From the NCBI RefSeq assembly GCF_964204645.1, contig NC_134031.1, positions 12,526,088 through 12,590,087 on the forward strand: 64,000 nt of DNA, written 5' to 3'. The stretch comes from Tubulanus polymorphus. Its lineage: Eukaryota; Animalia; Nemertea. Numbering within the stretch: position 1 is the stretch's first letter; the number at the start of each line of letters is the position of its first letter. Below, one piece after another: positions 9,781-22,318 of the stretch. Made by a program: the position numbers and the translations under genes. The notes beneath the pieces were generated by a model. That model was given only the letters and a program-made list of their open reading frames with translations, searched no databases and had not been told where the DNA came from.

Positions 9781-12020
9781 TTAACACGCTAGAATCCTTT
9801 TCATAATCTCATTTTCTTTTGTTTCTTCTCTTTTGAATTTTATATATTCATCTAAATTGCAACCATAGGCGACTGTGTGGATTCCATCATCTAAAATATA
9901 TCTTTTATCATCAAATGGATTCAAACTTATCTTCTCTATCTCTTCAATATACATTTCATGATCTTCAGATCTTAAACATTTCATCTTATGTTTTCTAACT
10001 TCTTCATTAAATATACAATTGATGTAATCTTTGAAATGAATATTCTTTTCTACTACACTTTTGGTTATTCCTTTTAACTTTTTAGCTTCATGTTCTTTAG
10101 TTTTATATGAATACATTTTAGATCTAATACCTATGAACTCTATCATTTCTTCACCACCTAATTCATCCTTAAACTTCCCAGGAACTTTTTTATTATCATT
10201 GGTAAACAATTCATGATTTTTTGGATAATTACTAAAATCAAAATGGTGTTTTAATGTTTTTAAATCATCTGTTATGTTATCAGTTTTTATCTTTAATATG
10301 TAAGAATCTGTATCAAAATATAAGATTTCTATGTGTTTTTCTCCAAAATGAGGTTGTAATATATTATAATAGAATTCATACATTAGTAATTTTGATAATT
10401 CTAAAACTGCAGCTCCAACATAAATCGGTTTATTAAATTTCATAGAAGTCCTTTTTAATTTAACTGCTGCTAAATTTTCATCGAATATTCTATTACCTAT
10501 AAATTTCGGATACGATTGTAAATGTCTAATTCTTTTACCATTACTAACTAACTCAATATCATTTCTATTTCTAATATTTTCACAAGTCTTACCATAGAAC
10601 GCATTGTTCATTAACTTAAAAAAATCTTTTTCAAAATCAGTTTTAGATTTAGTTCTCTGTGTAGTATTAAAATCTATATATTTTTCTAACCATTTAGATT
10701 GACTGAATGAAATATATCTATGTACTTTTTTTAATATCATTCCTTGATTTAGATAAAACTTCAACATTCTATAATGCACAACGTAATTATATTTATCTTC
10801 TTGAGTTACCATTAACTTTTCAGTATGAATATGATTATCGGGTTTAATTCTTTTTTGATAATTTGATAATTCTTCATGTTTAACAGTTTTATGTTCGGGA
10901 CAGTAAGCTAGATTTCTAGATTTGAATTTAATATTTTCAGGATATTCTAAATCTACAACAAAGAAGTAACCAGTATCTGAATCATCTGCAATATCTAGGA
11001 TTCTTTTCTTCCAATCAAATTTATCAATTTGTAAAACTTCAGTTATTTCAAACATCCCATAAGGTTGTGGTTCCATCAACTTATTATAGCCCATAGAAAA
11101 CATTTATCATCTTCATTTTGTATATTTATTACACCATTAGTTTTAAATGGTAGTTTAATATAACTTGTTCCATTTATACTATCATCTTTATAATATGATA
11201 AATTATTTTCATCAATTGGTTTTGATTTAGTTAACTTATTATATTTTGTGTTATAAACATGTAAAGTTATAAATATTATCTCATCAAATATTAAACCAGA
11301 TCCTTCAAAATATTTCTTTTCTATTTTAGTTTTTATTTCATTATAACATTTATCTAATTTATCATCTATATGTTGTTTAGATATAATATGTTGTGAATGA
11401 GAATTTATATTATATATTGGTTTATCTTCAGATTTTATAAACTTTACTTTAACTGATATACTAATTTTTGGATATTCAACATCTGTAATTATTTTTATTA
11501 TTTCTTTCATATTTTCTAAATGTTTTTTATTTTCTTCTAATGTTTTACCTTTATGAAATTTAAACTCAATAGCTGCTGGACCAATATCACTTTTAAATGC
11601 TTCGGTTATTTCTATATCTTTTTTATTATCTAATGAATTTATATAATTTCTTACATCTTCCATATATGGTCTTTTATTGTTTAATTTATTTTTTATTCTT
11701 TTAATTGCGCTTTGTTTCTTATCGTTATCATTATCAAAATAATCTTCACCTATAATATCATTATTCTTATTTCTAATATGACTTATAGATTTTAAATGTT
11801 CTTTATAATATCTTTTATCACTGAATGATTGATTACATGTATCACATTTGTATGTTTCTTTTTCATCCTTTAATTCTTCTAATTTAGTTTCTAATATATC
11901 ATCTTTATACTCTAGTTTCAATTTATTCTCTAAATGTGTTCTAGTTTTATTGTGTCTTGCTTTTTGGGATTTATCTATATCGATATTACATGTTAGACAG
12001 TAGTACTTATTTGCTTCCAT
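9781..12020 (-). pseudogene. Protein-primed family B DNA polymerase with a ~1.78-kb internal deletion (two ORFs, 11076-12020 and 9781-11103)
   Basis: KLMNNAFYGK, YFDTDS and K.Y motifs present; motif A (DANNLY), exonuclease and EndoVII-like parts are missing relative to the Mav2 copy; junction at ~11077. Confidence 0.92.
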
Positions 12021-12102
12021 TTTAATACTAAAATTTTTATTAAAATTGATTTTAGAAGTTCAATGATTTAAATGTTATTCATATATATATGAATATTTTA
12101 AG

Positions 12103-12508
12103 AGTAATAGGGGTAATAGGCTTTCATATCAAAGGTTTAATGATCGAGTTCATTAATAACATATATTAAAAGTAATTAAAAAACTATAATATATTTTCAT
12201 AACCGCGTGCATTTCAGTTGAATAATAGAATAATTATTATCATTTGAATATATTTGATTATTTGAATTTGTGTATTGTAATTAAATCAATTGGTCGCGGA
12301 GCGGAGCGGTAGCGAAGTGGAGCGACCAATTGATTTAATACAATATGCTTTTTATATTATTGATATCTTAGAATAAATATTTAGTTTTGATATAAAATGC
12401 ACGCGGTAATGAAAATATATTATAGTTTTTTAATTACTTTTAATATTTTGTTTTTTAATGGGCTCGACCGTTCGACCTTTGGTATGAAAGCCTATTACCC
12501 CTATTACT
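12103..12508. repeat. Terminal foldback (406 bp) of Mav1
   Basis: AGTAATAGGGGTAATAGGCTTTCA...TGAAAGCCTATTACCCCTATTACT; apex stem AAATCAATTGGTCGC/GCGACCAATTGATTT. Confidence 0.93.
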
Positions 12509-13935
12509 ATCGCCCGCGACAATTCATTAATTTGGTTTTGTCACCCGCGACAAAACAATATTTTGGTTTTGTCGCCCACGACAATTCACCATTTTGGTTT
12601 TATCGCCCGCGACAATTCATTATTTTGGTTTTATCGCCCGCGACAATTCATTATTTTGGTTTTGTCGCACGCGACAATAGCGACAATTCAAGATTTTGAT
12701 TTTATCGCCCGCGACAATTCATTTTTTGGATTTGTCGCCCACGACAATTCAATATTTTGGTTTTATCGCCCGCGACAATTCATTATTTTGGTTTTATCGC
12801 CCGCGACAATTTTTTTTTCTTTTTGTCGCGGTTTTATCGCCTGCGACACTTCAATATTTTGGTTTTATCGCCTGCGACAATTCATTATTTTGGTTTTATC
12901 GCCCGCGACAATTCATTTTTTTGGTTTTATCGCCCGCGACAATTCATTAGTTTGGTTTTGTTGCCCGCGACAATTGAATATTTTGGTTTTGTCGCCGGCG
13001 TCAATTCAATATTTTGGTTTTATCGCCCACGAAAAATCACTACTTTGGTTTTATCGCCAGCGACAATTCATTATTTTGGTTTTGTCGACCGCGACAATTC
13101 TTCTTTTTAGTTTTGTCGCCCGCGACAATTCATTATTTTGGTTTTGTTGCCTGCGACAATTCACCATTTTGGTTTTGTCGCCCGCGACAATTCACCATTT
13201 TGGTTTTGTCACCCGCGACAATTCACCATTTTGGCTTTGTCACCCGCGACAATTCAATATTTTGGTTTTATCGCCCGCGGCAATTCATTATTTTGGTTTT
13301 ATCGCCCGCGACAATTCATTATTTTGGTTTTGTCACCCGAGACAATTCATCATTTTGGTTTTATCGCCCGCGACAATTCATTATTTTGGTTTTGTCGCCC
13401 GCGACAATTCACCATTTTGGTTTTGTCGCCTGGACAATTCACCATTTTGGTTTTGTCGCCCGCGACAATTCATTATTTTTGTTTTGTTGCCCCCACAATT
13501 CTTTTTTTGGTTTTGTCGCCCGCGACAATTCATTAGTTTGGTTTTGTCGCCCGCGACAATTCAATATTTTCGTTTTATCGCCCACGACAATTCATTACTT
13601 TGGTTTTATCTCCAGCGACAATTCATTATTTTGGTTTTGTCGCCCGCGACAATTCTTCTTTTCGTTTTGACACCCGCGACAATTCATTATTTTGGTTTTA
13701 TATTTTGTTTTTGTCACCCGCGACAATTTTTTTTTTGGTTTTGTCACCCGCGACAATTCATTATTTTGGTTTTATCGCCTGCGACAATTCAATATTTTGG
13801 TTTTATCGCCCGCGATAATTCATTATTTTGGTTTTATTGCCCTGTGACAATTTATTATTTTGGTTTGTCGCACGAGACAATTCATTATTTTGGTTTTATC
13901 GCCCGCGACAATTCATTATTTTGGTTTTGTCGCCC
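12509..13935. repeat. ~30-bp satellite array (TTTTGGTTTT(A/G)TCGCCCGCGACAATTCATTA)
   Basis: Dozens of head-to-tail diverged units with no unique spacers. Confidence 0.97.
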
Positions 13936-13938
13936 TAA

Positions 13939-15094
13939 GAAAATTTTGAAGACGCTTTGATCAATTACCTTGATGATCTTTCGTTTGTATTTGAATCTAC
14001 CAAAGGTCCATCAGCATAAGAAAATTGGGTCGATCTGACTCAAGATGGCCGTCCTATGACCTTTTTAGTGCCCAAAAATGTCCATTTTGGCCAGAATTCT
14101 AGGTCCTGTAGCTTCCTACTGGTTTGCCATTTCTCATTGCAATTGCTGATGGATATTCTTTAGAGAGGGATGCTTTATACCTGGGACAGGTATTTTTGAT
14201 CAGCCAATTATGACGCAATTGGCGGCCATCTTGGTGTCATCAGTACTCATTCGTAGGTGGGAAAAAGTTTTTCCACAATTAATTGATACCTAAGCATATT
14301 GTGTTACTATATTCAATTGGAAAGTTGTAGCCCATAATGTGTTCTATGATTTTGGTGAGTTTCAAGGTCATTGGTTTTTGTATATGGCCATCAGGGGGCG
14401 TTGAATAATACAATAACTTAGTATCGCTATATTATATTTGTACCAAGGCATATTTTGTTACCATGATCGATGGCAAAGTTGTAGTTCATGACATCGTCTA
14501 TGATTGTGGTGAGTTTTTAAGGACATTAGTTATTCCATATAGTCACCAGGGGGCGTTGAATAGTAGAAAAGCTTAGTTTTTCCTTATTAGATTGGTACCT
14601 AGGCATAGTTTGTTACCATGATCCATTGCAAAGTTGTAGTTCATGACATCGTCTATGATTGTGGTGAGTTTTTAAGGACATTAGTTATTCCATATAGTCA
14701 CCAGGGGGCGCTGAATAGTAGAATGGCTTAGTATTTCCTTATTAGATTGGTACCTAGGCATATTTTGTTCCTATGATCAATTGCAAAGTTGTATTTCATG
14801 ACATGTACTACGATTGTGGTGAGTTTTGAGGTCATTTGGTTTTGCATATGGTCACCAGGGGGCGTTGAATAGTAGAATAACTTAGTATTTCCATATTAAA
14901 TTGGTAACGAGGCATATTTTGTCATCACAATCAATTACAAAATCATAGCTGCTCACATTTTCTATGATTGTGGTGGATTTCAAGGTCATTGGTTTTTGTA
15001 TATGGTCACTAGAGGGCGTTATGTATTGAAATTGTTAGATTGTTGAGCATTTGAAACCACTGCCCAAGTGAGCATGGTGTCCCTGGACCCCTAG
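13939..15094 (+). mobile_element. Non-autonomous Helentron/DINE-1-like repeat (family HINE-1), truncated, with ~154-bp internal tandem repeats
   Basis: Ends in subterminal IR CCCAAGTGAGC, a short hairpin and CTAG before TT; about five 154-bp units (CCAGGGGGCGTTGAATA); same family on the opposite strand at 51933, ~57296 and 61628. Confidence 0.75.
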
Positions 15095-16368
15095 TTTGGT
15101 TTTGTCGCCCGCGACAATTCATTATTTTGGTTTTGTCGCACGCAACAATTCAATAGTTTGTTTTTGTCGTCTGCGACAATTCATTATTTTGGTTTTATCG
15201 CCCGCAACAATTCATTATTTTGGTTTTATCGCCCGCGACAATTTTTTGTTCTTTTTGTCGCGGTTTTATCGCCTGCGACACTTCAATATTTTGGTTTTAT
15301 CGCCTGCGACAATTCATTATTTTGGTTTTATCGCCCGCGACAATTCATTTTTTTGGTTTTATCGCCCGCGACAATTCATTAGTTTGGTTTTGTTGCCCGC
15401 GACAATTGAATATTTTGGTTTTGTCGCCGGCGTCAATTCAATATTTTGGTTTTATCGCCCACGAAAAATCACTACTTTGGTTTTATCGCCAGCGACAATT
15501 CATTATTTTGGTTTTGTCGACCGCGACAATTCTTCTTTTTAGTTTTGTCGCCCGCGACAATTCATTATTTTGGTTTTGTTGCCTGCGACAATTCACCATT
15601 TTGGTTTTGTAGCCCGCGTCAATTCACCATTTTGGTTTTGTCACCCGCGACAATTCACCATTTTGGCTTTGTCACCCGCGACAATTCAATATTTTGGTTT
15701 TATCGCCCGCGGCAATTCATTATTTTGGTTTTATCGCCCGCGACAATTCATTATTTTGGTTTTGTCACCCGAGACAATTCATCATTTTGGTTTTATCGCC
15801 CGCGACAATTCATTATTTTGGTTTTGTCGCCCGCGACAATTCACCATTTTGGTTTTGTCGCCTGGACAATTCACCATTTTGGTTTTGTCGCCCGCGACAA
15901 TTCATTATTTTTGTTTTGTTGCCCCCACAATTCTTTTTTTGGTTTTGTCGCCCGCGACAATTCATTAGTTTGGTTTTGTCGCCCGCGACAATTCAATATT
16001 TTCGTTTTATCGCCCACGACAATTCATTACTTTGGTTTTATCTCCAGCGACAATTCATTATTTTGGTTTTGTCGCCCGCAACAATTCTTCTTTTCGTTTT
16101 GACACCCGCGACAATTCATTATTTTGGTTTTATATTTTGTTTTTGTCACCCGCGACAATTTTTTTTTTGGTTTTGTCACCCGCGACAATTCATTATTTTG
16201 GTTTTATCGCCTGCGACAATTCAATATTTTGGTTTTATCGCCCGCGATAATTCATTATTTTGGTTTTATTGCCCTGTGACAATTTATTATTTTGGTTTTG
16301 TCGCACGAGACAATTCATTATTTTGGTTTTATCGCCCGCGACAATTCATTATTTTGGTTTTGTCGGCC
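15095..16368. repeat. ~30-bp satellite array (second block)
   Basis: Same unit; variant order copies the first block at an offset of ~2432 bp. Confidence 0.97.
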
Positions 16369-16371
16369 GAA

Positions 16372-17524
16372 GAAAATTTTGAAGACGCTTTGATCAATTA
16401 CCTTGATCTTTCGTTTGTATTTGAATCTACCAAAGGCCCATCAGCATAAAAAAATTGGGTCGATCTGACTCAAGATGGCCGTCCTATGACCTTTTTAGTG
16501 CCCAAAAATGTCCATTTTGGCCAGAATTCTAGGTCCTGTAGCTTCCTACTGGTTTGCCATTTCTCATTGCAATTGCTGATGGATATTCTTTAGAGAGGGA
16601 TGCTTTATACCTGGGACAGGTATTTTTGATCAGCCAATTATGACGCAATTGGCGGCCATCTTGGTGTCATCAGTACTCATTCGTAGGTGGGAAAAAGTTT
16701 TTCCACAATTAATTGATACCTAAGCATATTGTGTTACTATATTCAATTGGAAAGTTGTAGCCCATAACGTGTTCTATGATTTTGGTGAGTTTCAAGGTCA
16801 TTGGTTTTTGTATATTGCCATCAGGGGGCGTTGAATAATACAATAACTTAGTATCGCTATATTATATTTGTACCAAGGCATATTTTGTTACCATGATCAA
16901 TGGCAAAGTTGTAGTTCATGACATCGTCTATGATTGTGGTGAGTTTTTAAGGACATTAGTTATTCCATATAGTCACCAGGGGGCGTTGAATAGTAGAAAA
17001 GCTTAGTTTTTCCTTATTAGATTGGTACCTAGGCATAGTTTGTTACCATGATCCATTGCAAAGTTGTAGTTCATGACATCGTCTATGATTGTGGTGAGTT
17101 TTTAAGGACATTAGTTATTCCATATAGTCACCAGGGGGCGCTGAATAGTAGAATGGCTTAGTATTTCCTTATTAGATTGGTACCTAGGCATATTTTGTTA
17201 CTATGATCAATTGCAAAGTTGTATTTCATGACATGTACTACGATTGTGGTGAGTTTTGAGGTCATTTGGTTTTGCATATGGTCACCAGGGGGCGTTGAAT
17301 AGTAGAATAACTTAGTATTTCCATATTAAATTGGTAACGAGGCATATTTTGTTATCACAATCAATTACAAAATCATAGCTGCTCACATTTTCTATGATTG
17401 TGGTGGATTTCAAGGTCATTGGTTTTTGTATATGGTCACTAGAGGGCGTTATGTATTGAAATTGTTAGATTGTTGAGCATTTGAAACCACTGCCCAAGTG
17501 AGCATGGTGTCCCTGGACCCCTAG
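16372..17524 (+). mobile_element. HINE-1 repeat, duplicate of 13939-15094
   Basis: Near-identical sequence at an offset of ~2430 bp. Confidence 0.8.
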
Positions 17525-17832
17525 TTTGGTTTTGTCGCCCGCGACAATTCATTATTTTGGTTTTGTCGCACGCAACAATTCAATAGTTTGTTTTTGTCGT
17601 CTGCGACAATTCATTATTTTGGTTTTATCGCCCGCAACAATTCAATATTTTGGTTTTAACGCCCGCGACAATTCATTATTGTGGTTTTATCGCCCGCGAC
17701 AATTCATTATTTTGGTTTTATCGGCCGCGACAATTCATTATTTTTGTTTTGTCGCCCGTGACAATTCAATATTTTGGTTTTGTCACCCGCGACAATTCAT
17801 AATTTTGGTTTTGTCGCCCGTGGTTTTGTCGG
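17525..17832. repeat. ~30-bp satellite array (third block)
   Basis: Same unit, fading into unique sequence at ~17830. Confidence 0.95.
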
Positions 17833-18204
17833 AACATTAAGTTTTTGGTCGAACAGTGTGATAAGGTTGTTTTGGAAATTTACTCGGTCTGGTATATTTT
17901 GGATTACTGTGTACGTCATTTGTCAGGACATTAAACAGAAGACGACTTAGGATACTACCTTGCGTGACTCCTCTAGTTAGACCGTCTCACTCCAAGATGA
18001 GGCGTTCCGTTGATTTCGGTTACAAGTTTCCGTTCAGAGATAACTGCTGTGCCATTTGGGCGACCTATCATTGATACTGTTTCCTAATAGCCTGTTCAGT
18101 AATGGCTGATGTTGAGCCTTATCAAATGCTTTGTTGAAATCCACCGTTGAACAGGATTCTAAGACTGTGCAGAAAACCCGTTATCGCTGCTTTGCAGCTA
18201 TATT
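17826..18204 (-). mobile_element. Terminal segment of a satellite-bearing repeat (HINE-3) containing a degraded non-LTR reverse transcriptase fragment
   Basis: Minus-strand reading VDFNKAFDK...LL.RL...W..SYL / GVTQGSILSRLLFNVLTND; end AATATAGCTGCAAAGCAGC hairpin; homolog at 57779-58150. Confidence 0.7.
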
Positions 18205-21200
18205 TCTATATGTTTTTCTCCAAAAAGTGGTTGTAATACATTATAATAGAATTCATACATTAGTAATTTTGATAATTCTAAAACTGAAGCGCCTACATAG
18301 TTTGGTTTATTAAATTTCATTGATGTTCTTCTCATCTTAACTGCAGCTAAATTTTCATCAAATATTCTGTTACCAATGAACTTAGGATATGTTTGTAAAT
18401 GCCTTATCCTTTTACCATTACTAACTAACTCAATATCATTTCTATTTCTAATATTTTCACAAGTCTTACCTTAGAATGCATTATTCATTAACTTGAAGAA
18501 ATCTTTTTCGAAATCAGTTTTAGCTTCAGTTCTCTGTTTGGTGTTAAAATCTATATATTTTTCTAACCACTTAGATTGACTGAATGAAATATATCTATGT
18601 ACTTTTTTGAGAACCATTCCTTGTTTTAGATAAAACTTTAACATTCTATAATGTACTACATAATTATATTTATCTTCTTGAGTTACCATTAACTTTTCTG
18701 TATGAATATGATTTTCGGGTTTAATTCTTTTTTGGTAATTTGATAATTCTTCATGAGTTACAGTTTTATGTTCGGGACAGTATGCTAGATTTCTAGATTT
18801 AAATTTAATATGTTCAGGATCTAAATCTACAACAAAAAAGTAACCAGTATCTGAATCATCTGCAATATCTAGAATTCTTTTCTTCCATTAAAATTTATCA
18901 TTATTTTCATTCTGTAAAACTTCAGTTAATTCAAATACTCCATAAGGTTGTGGTTCCATCATTGCCCAACCATACAAATTATTTGCATCTATATATAATA
19001 ACTTATATCCAGGGTTATCATTTACATTGAAATATCTATCCCCTAATACACCTGAAACTCCTCCTCTTATAGATTTTTCAAATAATAGTAATTGATCTAT
19101 ATTTGTTAACAAATCCATTTTTATATCTGTAAATTTCAATCCACAATCCCATGTTAAACCTGGACTTGAATAACAATGACATGGATCAATGTTAAAATAT
19201 TTTAGGTTTACATCTCTAAACCTTTCGAATATATCGGTTAATAATAATACATCTGATTTTAGATATGAATCTACTAATTGTCCATGATTTTCTATTTTGA
19301 AATGATTCCAAATATTCAATGTTCTATTATATACTTCATCTTTAACATATTCATTTTTTAATTCATCATAAAATTGTTCCTTTTTAAGTTCAGTTATGTT
19401 AAAATCATTATGTGATTTATAAAATGAATATGGAATTGCGCCTTTATATCTCATTAATTGGAAATCATCATTATTTGGGTAGTGTTGCTTTAATATTTTC
19501 AATTCATCATCAACTAATGATTTTGATAAGTTATCTAATGAACTATTTAAAAATCTATATGAATCTATAAATCTTAGACAACCAAATTGGAATGATATAT
19601 AATTCTCAGATGTTTTAGCTAACATTCTAAATTTATAAGTTGGTATTTTATCTTTTGATCTATTTGAATTTAATCTTTCTATTTCGTTATTAATTTCTTC
19701 TATTTTATGGCATAACTGTTTGATGAATAAATGTGCATCATATCCTGATAGATTATGAAATATAACTGGTACAAAATTAATTTTCTTAGCTTGTAAGTTA
19801 CAATTCTCATGTGCAGCGCCTCTAAACTTTCCGTTCAAATGATCATGGTCTCATACTTTTTTATCTTTATAATTAAATATCTTTTCACAATAATAACATT
19901 TACCTGCAAACACAAATTCTTCTTTATCTTCTTCTGTCATAATTATTTCTTTATTTTTATTTAACTTTTCATTAAATTTTATTTCATATTCAATTAATAA
20001 GTCACAAAAATGATTAATAACATTTTCATTTCTATAATGATAATATTCACTTTCAATTAGTTCTGGATAATCAGATTCAATATATAACCCGAAAGCAGCA
20101 GCTGATTGATGAATCTTTTTAATAGTATTTGTTTTTGGTGGTTCATCTGAAAAATCATTTTCATTAGAATTTAATTTCTTTCTTTTATAATATATTTCTT
20201 TTCTATCTTGATCAGTTAATTCTTTATTTAATGATTCAAAATCTCCATATATAACAAATGGAACTTTATTTTTGTAATCATATTTTTTGAATTCTAATAT
20301 TTTATCATTTGGTAAAACTAATTTACAATAATCATGATTTTCACATAATTGTTTATGATTTAATAATGTACTTTCATTACTGAATCTATGTAAACATTTT
20401 CTACAAAGATATATTTTATGGTGATCATTTTCTGAATTAAGAAATAAATCGATTTGTTTAATCCACATATAATGATTCTCATAATATAGTATATCTATAA
20501 CATCATTTGAATCATAATCTTTTGATAGATATAAAGGTTCTAATGTATAATGTTTTATGTTGTTACCTTTTGTATTTGGTAATTTGATTAAATCAAATAC
20601 ATTTATTCTTAAATTATTATCTCTTTCTATCTTTGGGACGTTTTTAATTCTAACAGGATACTTATCTATCTTATAATTATTTTCAAATGGTTTATAATGA
20701 GTTTATCTACAAATATTATAAGTTGCAGGATGTAAACAACTTATAATTGTCCATAGAAAACATTTATCATCTTCATTTTGTACATTTATTACAGCATTAG
20801 TTTTAAATGGTAATTTGATATAACTCGATGCTTCAATATCTGGTTCTTTATAATATGATACATTATTTTCATCTATTGGTTTCGATTTAGTTAACTTATT
20901 ATATTTTGTGTTATAAACATGTAAAGTCATAAATATTATTTCATCAAATATTAAACCAGATCCTTCAAAATATTTCTCTTCTATTTTAGTTTTTACTTCA
21001 TTATAACATTTATCTAATTATTCATCTATATGTTGTTTAGATATAAAATGTTGTGAATGAGAATTTATATTATATATTGGTTTATCTTCAGATTTTATGA
21101 ATTTAACTTTAGAAGATATACTTATTTTAGGATATTCAACATCAGTTATTATTTTTATAATATTTTTCATATTTTCTAAATGTTTTTTATTTTCTTCTAA

Positions 21201-21678
21201 TGTTTTTCCTTTATGAAATTTAAACTCGATAGCTGCTGGACCAATATCTTTTAAATGCTTCGGTTATCTCTATATCTTTTTTATTATCTAATGAATTAAT
21301 ATAATTTCTTACATCTTCCATGTATGGTCTTTTATTGTTTAATTTATTTTTTATGCTTTTAATTGTCTTCTGTTTCTTATCATTATCTTTATCAAAATAA
21401 TCTTCACCTTAAATATCATTATTCATATTTCTAATATGACTTTTAGATTTTAAATGTTCTTTATAATATCTTTTATCACTGAATGATTGATTACATGTAT
21501 CACATTTGTATGTTTCCTTTTCATTCTTTAATTCGTCTAAGTTAGTTTCTAATATATCATCTTTATATTCTAATTTCAATTTATTCTCTAAATGTGTTTT
21601 AGTTTTATTGTGTCTTGATTTTTGGGATTTATCTATATCTATATTACATGTTGGGCAGTAGTACTTATTTGCTTCCAT
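18204..21678 (-). pseudogene. pPolB pseudogene (zinc fingers, OTU-like segment, exonuclease, EndoVII/HNH-like insert, polymerase motifs A-B)
   Basis: YGDFES, FHNLSGYDAH, YLKSDV, YIDANNLYG, KLMNNAF; CYYC...DHDH..GKFRGAAH..CN; NEDDKCFLW...HYMWIK; several stops and frameshifts; 3' end cut at ~18204. Confidence 0.93.
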
Positions 21679-21911
21679 TTTAATACTAAATTTTTTATTA
21701 AAATTGATTTTAGAAGTTCAATGATTTATATCATGTATTATTTCAATCACACTTTACTAACACTTTTAATGTTTAAAAATCTAACTCATACAAATATAAA
21801 TATTGAAATAATGTTTAAAATATATCTATATATCTATTCTATAAGAGCTTACACTTTTATATTGAATAATCTGTCAATTTAAATGTTATTCATGTATATG
21901 ATTATTTTAAG

Positions 21912-22318
21912 AGTAATAGGGGTAATGGGCTTTCAGGTTAAAGGTTGAATGGTCGAGTTCATTAAAAACAAATATTAAAAGTAATTTAAAACTATAATAT
22001 ATTTTCATAACCGTGTGCATTTCAGTTGAATAATAGAATAATTATTATTATCAAAATATATTTGATTATGAATTTGTGTATTGTAATAAATCAATTGGTC
22101 GCGGAGCGGAGCGGTAGCGAAGCGGAGCGACCAATTGATTTAATACAATATGCTTTTAAAATTAAAATTATTAATATCTTAGAATAAATATTTAGTTATA
22201 ATATGAAATTCACACGGTTAAAAAAATATATTATACTTTTAAATTACTTTTAATATTTTGTTTTTCAATGAACTCGACCGTTCGACCTTTGATTTGAAAG
22301 CCCATTACCCCTATTACT
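21912..22318. repeat. Terminal foldback (407 bp) of Mav2
   Basis: AGTAATAGGGGTAATGGGCTTTCA...TGAAAGCCCATTACCCCTATTACT. Confidence 0.93.

Larger units (their letters stand above)
1..12508. mobile_element. Maverick/Polinton (adintovirus-like) element Mav1; left part outside window, right terminus at 12508
   Basis: Very AT-rich, intronless, densely packed ORFs: integrase, A32-type ATPase, major and minor capsid, pPolB. Ends in ...CCCCTATTACT (AG...CT-type Maverick end) joined directly to satellite DNA. Confidence 0.95.
18204..22318. mobile_element. Maverick Mav2: degraded pPolB plus right terminus
   Basis: Collinear with Mav1 10325-12508; ends ...CCCCTATTACT joined to an ATPase gene remnant of Mav3. 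Confidence 0.92.

Noticed and set aside
12397-17840. Many long overlapping ORFs (up to 465 aa) and a CRISPR-like look
   Set aside because: By-product of a stop-free 30-bp satellite read in three frames; no unique spacers or cas genes, and the context is eukaryotic.
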